Positions 59,609-64,000 of a DNA stretch of 64,000 nucleotides are shown piece by piece; position 1 is the stretch's first letter; the number at the start of each line of letters is the position of its first letter. A model generated the notes under the pieces. It was not told the DNA's origin. It saw only the letters and a program-made list of their open reading frames with translations, and did not search any database. Both the position numbers and the translations under genes were made by a program. Origin of the DNA: an uncultured Cytophagia bacterium (lineage in GTDB: Bacteria > Zhuqueibacterota > Zhuqueibacteria > Residuimicrobiales > Residuimicrobiaceae); NCBI GenBank assembly GCA_964387285.1, contig CAYLWO010000003.1:100759-164758 (forward strand), written 5' to 3'.

Positions 59609-60826
59609 ATGAAGAACTTTTTAATTTTTATTTTTTTCTGTACCTTTGCTGTATGGGCGCAAAACCCGGCCATAAAAAACATGCGCGATTTTGGCGTTCT
59701 GCCCGACCATACGCCCGATGCCAATAAAATTAATTTGCAGAAAGCTATTGACTGGGCAAGCGGGCAAGGAGCGGCTTTGTACGTAGAGCCCTGTGAACAG
59801 GGATACCCCATGGCCGGAGGATTGGTGCTGCGCCAGAACACCAGCTTGATCGGCGCTCATGGTCCGGTTGGTCGCGGCACAAGACATGCGACACAGCAAC
59901 GACCGGTGGGCAGCGTGTTCATCATTACCGATGAAAAGCAACCGTTTCTCACCGTGGAAAGCGCCACGCAAATCCGCGGCCTGCAGTTCTGGTATCCCAA
60001 TCAGACTCTGAAAGATTCTGCTAAAATTATCCCCTATCCGCCAACCATTCAGGTATCAAAAGAAAAATCGGTGTTCGGCGTAACGCTGTCTTGCCTGACT
60101 TTTTTCGGCGAATATCTGGCCATGGATTTTGCCGCCAACGGTAAAACGATTTGTGAACAAATTCTGTTTGAACACTGCTATGGGTATCCTTTAAGCGGCC
60201 AGTTTATTCGCATCGATTACTGTTACGACATTCCCCGCATTCTGCATTGCCATGTGAATCCGGCCAATCGCCGCCTTATTTACGGTGACGGCAGTAAAGA
60301 GGTCATCGATGCCGTGGTGAAGAAGAAAACGTTTTGTTATCAGATCGATCATACGGACAATGCTCAGGTGATGGATGTGTTCTGTTTTGGCGTGTATGGC
60401 GGCATATACCTGGGCCCGGCCACTTATGGCCAATTGACCAATTTCAATCTGGACTGCGTTACCGTGGGTCTTTATAAAACCGGCGACGGCAGTTTTAACC
60501 GCAACTGGCAGATCAGCCAGGGTTCCATCATCGCCAATACCGGTGCATCTCTCGATGAGGTGCATCCGATCATTATCGAGGGCAAAGGCCACACCTCGTT
60601 GACCAATGTCGAGTCTTTTTCCGGTGCCAACGGCGCTTTGTCAACATTAAACCGCTCGCAGGATTTTTTGCTGGTGCGTGGCAGTGAAAAGTTGACGATC
60701 AGTCTGTTCGGCTGCCGCATGCGCAATTACGTTGCTGCACAGCCCATCACGGTGCAAAATCCAAAAGCCGTGATCCAGGCAGTGGCGTGTTATGACAAGG
60801 ATGAAAATCCATGGCAGATGCCGTAA
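59609..60826 (+). CDS. Secreted right-handed parallel beta-helix (pectin-lyase fold) protein; putative GH28-like or polysaccharide lyase.
   Basis: Signal peptide. RDFGVLPD...NLQKAIDWASGQGAALYV resembles the N-terminal cap of pectin-lyase-fold glycanases. Confidence 0.45.
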   Translation: MKNFLIFIFFCTFAVWAQNPAIKNMRDFGVLPDHTPDANKINLQKAIDWASGQGAALYVEPCEQGYPMAGGLVLRQNTSLIGAHGPVGRGTRHATQQRPVGSVFIITDEKQPFLTVESATQIRGLQFWYPNQTLKDSAKIIPYPPTIQVSKEKSVFGVTLSCLTFFGEYLAMDFAANGKTICEQILFEHCYGYPLSGQFIRIDYCYDIPRILHCHVNPANRRLIYGDGSKEVIDAVVKKKTFCYQIDHTDNAQVMDVFCFGVYGGIYLGPATYGQLTNFNLDCVTVGLYKTGDGSFNRNWQISQGSIIANTGASLDEVHPIIIEGKGHTSLTNVESFSGANGALSTLNRSQDFLLVRGSEKLTISLFGCRMRNYVAAQPITVQNPKAVIQAVACYDKDENPWQMP

Positions 60827-60994
60827 AGGCGATGGAGTAGTGAGTCGTACTGCGGCACTTGTCCGTGTTGACCAAAAACACTAAAAAATGAACTCGCGCA
60901 AAGACGCAGAGTACGCCAAGAAAGATTTCTTTTTTTTCTCACCGACCCGGCGTCTTTGCGGGAGAATTCTTTTACCATTAATGAAATAGGTCTC

Positions 60995-63205
60995 ATGAAA
61001 AAACAGACCAGCTTAATTCTAATGGGGTTGATGATGATCCTTTCACAGACTATTTCCGCTCCGTTATCCAGTCGGGTGCAAATGCATCTCGGCCGGCCCA
61101 CGCTGTTCATCAACGATCAGCCCTGCTATCCCATGATCTATGCCCTGACCGATGTGCCCGGCGGACGCTGGTCCTGGGAAGAAGTTCCACAACGCAATAT
61201 CAAACTGTTCAGCGACGCCGGGGTGCATCTGTTTCAGGTGGACCTGTTCCTCGAACATCTCTGGTTCGAGGATGGCCGCTTCGACATATCGCTGGCGCAA
61301 AAACAGATTCGCGGCGTGCTGGAGGTCTGCCCAGAAGCAGCAGTCATAATCCGTTTTCACGTCAACTCGCCCAAATGGTGGATCAAACGTTATCCGCAGG
61401 AGAACACCGTTTATGCCGATGCTGCCGCTCAACCCGATACGCCCTGGGGACTGCTGCGCATAATCGAAGATGATGCGGCCACACCCATGCGCACCAGTCT
61501 GGCATCGAAGAAATGGCTGGCCGAATCAGGTGAAATGCTCAAACGATTTTGCCGTGAATTAGCTGCCACGCCGGAAGGCGGTGCTTTGTTCGCTTTGCAA
61601 CTAGCTGGCGGTATTTACGGCGAATGGCACTATTGGGGATTGTTGCACAACGAACCGGATATGTCTGAGCCTATGCAGGAGTATTTTCGCCTCTGGCTTG
61701 AAAAAAAGTACGGCAGTGATCGTAAGTTGCAACAGGCCTGGCAGGATCCTACTGCAAGGTTGTCTATCGTTCAAGTCCCTGATTTGCAGGAGCGGTTAAA
61801 CACCCAACACGGCATTTTTCGCGACCCGCAAACCGAGGCCCGCATCATTGAGTATTATCAATGTCAGCACGAACTTGTGGCGGACGATATTCTATATTTC
61901 TGTAAAATCGCTAAACAGAACTGGCCCCGTCCCTTGGTCGTAGGCGCCTTCTACGGCTACTATTTCTCCTGCTTTGGCCGTGAAGCCACTGGCGGTCATC
62001 TCGCTCTGCGAAAAGTGCTGCAATCTCCTGATATCGATTTTCTCTGCGGCCCCAATGCTTATTATCCCAACACCTCAGCCGTAGGCGATCCTTATCGCTC
62101 GCGCGGCTTGTTGGAGAGCATCCGTTTGCACGGCAAGTTGTGGCTGGATGAAATGGACCAACAACCTTATCTCAATTCCAGGCGAGCTCCTGACTATCCG
62201 CAAAGCGTGGCGAACAGCATCAGTCATGTCCGTCGCAATACGCTGTTCACATATACCAAAGGAATGGGATTATGGTTTTATGATTTCGGCGCTGCCGGAC
62301 AACGGTTGAATTCCACTGCTGCAGAATTTGTTACCGGCTGGTGGGATCATCCGGATCTGATGCAGGATATCGCGGCCATGAAACGGTTTCTTGATCAGGC
62401 GTGGCAAAAGCCCTATCGCTCCGCAGCGGACGTGCTCATGGTGTTTGGTACAGAGAACTATTATCATATGGCCATCAAACCGGAGTTGAATCCCATTGGC
62501 GAGACTGTCGTTAACACCACCACTCTGGCTGCTTATCAGGCCGGCGTGGTCTTTGACGCCATTCATGTCGATGATGTGTCGCAGGTTGCTTTGCAGCAAT
62601 ATAAAGTGGTGGTCTTTGTCAATACATTTATCCTTTCAGAATCGCAACGACAGTGGATTCGAAAAAATGTGCTGGCAAATGGTCGCCACGCCATGTTTAT
62701 TTATGCACCTGGCTTTGGCGATGGTCAACGTTTGGATACAAAGTATATGCAGCAATTAACCGGTATTTCACTCGCGAGTTGTGCTTTGCAGCAAGCGCCA
62801 GAGATTTATGTGCCAGCGATAAACCTTAACTGGAAAACTGGAGAAAAGCCTTTTAAGCCGAGCTTTTGCGTGAACGATGCACAGGCCGTCAGCCTGGGAA
62901 CCTATACGGAAAACGGTTCTACCGCTCTGGCGAAAAAACAATTAAAAGAGGCAACCAGTTGGTTTGTCGCCATGCCGCCCATTGACGCCGCCCTGCTGCG
63001 TTATTTATTACAGCAGTGCGACGTGCATTTTTATGCCGAACCGGGCGATGTTTTTTACGCCTGCAGCAACACAGTGGTGCTGCATAGTAAAACTGGAGGT
63101 CCTAAAAAAATCACTCTGAAAAATGGTAGAATTGTATCTCTCGAATTACCCCCGGGCGGTTGTACGAAAATATTGGATGCAGAGAGCGGGGAGGTGTTGT
63201 TTTAA
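60995..63205 (+). CDS. Secreted putative glycoside hydrolase (TIM barrel plus a GH42-like trimerisation/GATase-like domain).
   Basis: Signal peptide MKKQTSLILMGLMMILSQTISA. Weak GH42/GH35-like features. Family uncertain. Confidence 0.35.
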   Translation: MKKQTSLILMGLMMILSQTISAPLSSRVQMHLGRPTLFINDQPCYPMIYALTDVPGGRWSWEEVPQRNIKLFSDAGVHLFQVDLFLEHLWFEDGRFDISLAQKQIRGVLEVCPEAAVIIRFHVNSPKWWIKRYPQENTVYADAAAQPDTPWGLLRIIEDDAATPMRTSLASKKWLAESGEMLKRFCRELAATPEGGALFALQLAGGIYGEWHYWGLLHNEPDMSEPMQEYFRLWLEKKYGSDRKLQQAWQDPTARLSIVQVPDLQERLNTQHGIFRDPQTEARIIEYYQCQHELVADDILYFCKIAKQNWPRPLVVGAFYGYYFSCFGREATGGHLALRKVLQSPDIDFLCGPNAYYPNTSAVGDPYRSRGLLESIRLHGKLWLDEMDQQPYLNSRRAPDYPQSVANSISHVRRNTLFTYTKGMGLWFYDFGAAGQRLNSTAAEFVTGWWDHPDLMQDIAAMKRFLDQAWQKPYRSAADVLMVFGTENYYHMAIKPELNPIGETVVNTTTLAAYQAGVVFDAIHVDDVSQVALQQYKVVVFVNTFILSESQRQWIRKNVLANGRHAMFIYAPGFGDGQRLDTKYMQQLTGISLASCALQQAPEIYVPAINLNWKTGEKPFKPSFCVNDAQAVSLGTYTENGSTALAKKQLKEATSWFVAMPPIDAALLRYLLQQCDVHFYAEPGDVFYACSNTVVLHSKTGGPKKITLKNGRIVSLELPPGGCTKILDAESGEVLF

Positions 63206-63284
63206 CCTTGGTCTCGCGTGTTTTATGATGATTCTGTTGTTTCAGGCGAGATGGGATGTATGATCTTCTGGAAGGAGCAGACAT

Positions 63285-63671
63285 ATGTTGTATGAAGAAA
63301 TTACAGGGAAAATACTATCAACCGCATTTGATGTGGCGCATGAACTGGGCAGTGGTTTTATAGAATCGGTCTACGAGAAGGCCTTAAAGATCGCTATGCA
63401 GGAAAAGGGATTACAGGTAAAAGAACAGCATCCAATAACGGTCTTTTTTCGGGGACAGGATGTCGGTGATTTCTATGCTGATCTTTTTGTAGAAGAAAAG
63501 GTGATCGTTGAATTAAAAGCTGTTAAAACTCTGGCGCCGGAACATCAAGCTCAAGTGATCAATTATCTAAAGGCAAGCGGCATAGAGGTCGGACTGTTGA
63601 TCAACTTTGGTCCGCCAAAAATCGAATATAAAAGATTAGTTCGCTACAAGACGAATCAGGATGAAAAATAA
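63285..63671 (+). CDS. GxxExxY-family protein (PD-(D/E)xK-like small protein).
   Basis: ITGKILSTAFDVAHELGSGFIESVYEKAL...DLFVEEKVIVELKAVK...QVINYLKASGIEVGLLINFG matches the GxxExxY family. Confidence 0.75.
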   Translation: MLYEEITGKILSTAFDVAHELGSGFIESVYEKALKIAMQEKGLQVKEQHPITVFFRGQDVGDFYADLFVEEKVIVELKAVKTLAPEHQAQVINYLKASGIEVGLLINFGPPKIEYKRLVRYKTNQDEK

Positions 63672-63716
63672 CTGGTATGAAAAAGTATTTACAAATCGAT
63701 ATCTCCTTCTGATTCA

Positions 63717-63803
63717 GTTATAGTTTTAATTGACATGGATGGACAGTATGTACAGGATAAATTAATGACTAAATTTTCCCTGTATATCCTGCCTATCCAT
63801 GTT
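63717..63803 (+). repeat. Structured repeat unit R1 (about 90 nt, nested hairpins).
   Basis: agttatagttttaattgacatggatgg...gtacaggata...tgtatatcctgcctatccatg. Outer stem CATGGAT-GG/CC-ATCCATG, inner stem ACAGGATA/TATCCTGT-like. A second copy is at 63902-63990. Confidence 0.4.
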
Positions 63804-63837
63804 TAAAAAAAGTCTCAATTTGTCGTTCTATGTTTCC

Positions 63838-63859
63838 AACCTTCGCAAGGTTCTTTTTT
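63838..63859 (+). terminator. Rho-independent terminator between the two R repeat copies.
   Basis: AACCTT-cgc-AAGGTT followed by CTTTTTTG. Confidence 0.5.
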
Positions 63860-63901
63860 GAACACATATCGTTCAATTTGAATAACTGTTACCTTTCTAT
63901 C

Positions 63902-63990
63902 TAGTTATGTTTTAATCGACATGGATAAGCAAGAGGTACAGGATAAAAGAATTTTTGAATTTCTCTTGTATATCCATTCCATCCATATTA
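63902..63990 (+). repeat. Structured repeat unit R2 (second copy; the window ends at 64000).
   Basis: ctagttatgttttaatcgacatggataag...gtacaggata...tgtatatccattccatccatat. About 70% identical to R1 with the stems largely preserved. Confidence 0.4.
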
Positions 63991-64000
63991 ATAATATGTC

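Noticed and set aside
63717-63990. Possible CRISPR array at the window end.
   Set aside because: There are only two repeat units of about 90 nt, with imperfect identity and internal nested stems. This is not the 28-37 nt exact repeat with unique spacer architecture of CRISPR, and there are no cas genes in the window.

Overview
This 64-kb window is dense chromosomal DNA (about 50% GC) from a bacterium that uses a type IX secretion system (T9SS) but still has canonical Shine-Dalgarno sites (GGAGGA before 3064, AGGAGG before 19289). That argues against classical Bacteroidetes and suggests an FCB-group relative such as an Ignavibacteria-, Chlorobi- or Calditrichota-like lineage; this is my inference and not verified. 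No rRNA, tRNA, CRISPR array, transposase or integrase was recognised.

The window falls into six parts:
- 1-24.5 kb is a secreted glycan-degradation locus on the + strand. It holds a T9SS-sorted Ca-binding protein, a secreted alpha/beta hydrolase, a GH3 with a PA14 insert, a T9SS-sorted transglutaminase-like protein, lipoproteins, a DUF4838-like protein, a GH29 fucosidase, a beta-lactamase-fold serine hydrolase and a GH106-like enzyme. No SusC/SusD pair is present.
- 24.7-28.4 kb (- strand) is a dmsABC-like molybdoenzyme operon whose catalytic subunit lacks a Tat signal.
- 28.7-31.2 kb (- strand) carries three tandem divergent paralogs of a small secreted protein with a tail-fibre-like N-terminal motif, preceded by a 540-nt AT-rich region.
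- 31.8-41.8 kb (- strand) is the most unusual block. It runs KamA-family radical SAM aminomutase, then a COG0523 GTPase, then a URO-D/MtaA-like domain fused to two thioredoxin-fold domains, then (after a + strand DUF4412 gene) an aclB-aclA ATP-citrate-lyase pair immediately followed by a second MtaA-like zinc methyltransferase.
- 42-56.6 kb holds AEC and MFS transporters, a nitroreductase, a HAD hydrolase, a TetR-TolC-HlyD-ABC efflux operon of the YbhGFSR type in which the normally fused two-domain ATPase is split by a repeat element, then fpg and mlaEFD.
- 57-64 kb holds a sodium:solute symporter, two more putative glycan-active enzymes, a GxxExxY protein and tandem structured repeats.

Two families of modular intergenic repeats recur between unrelated genes. 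Several hairpin-rich noncoding regions (8.2 kb, 43.2 kb, 59.3 kb, 63.7 kb) are not explained by the coding annotation.
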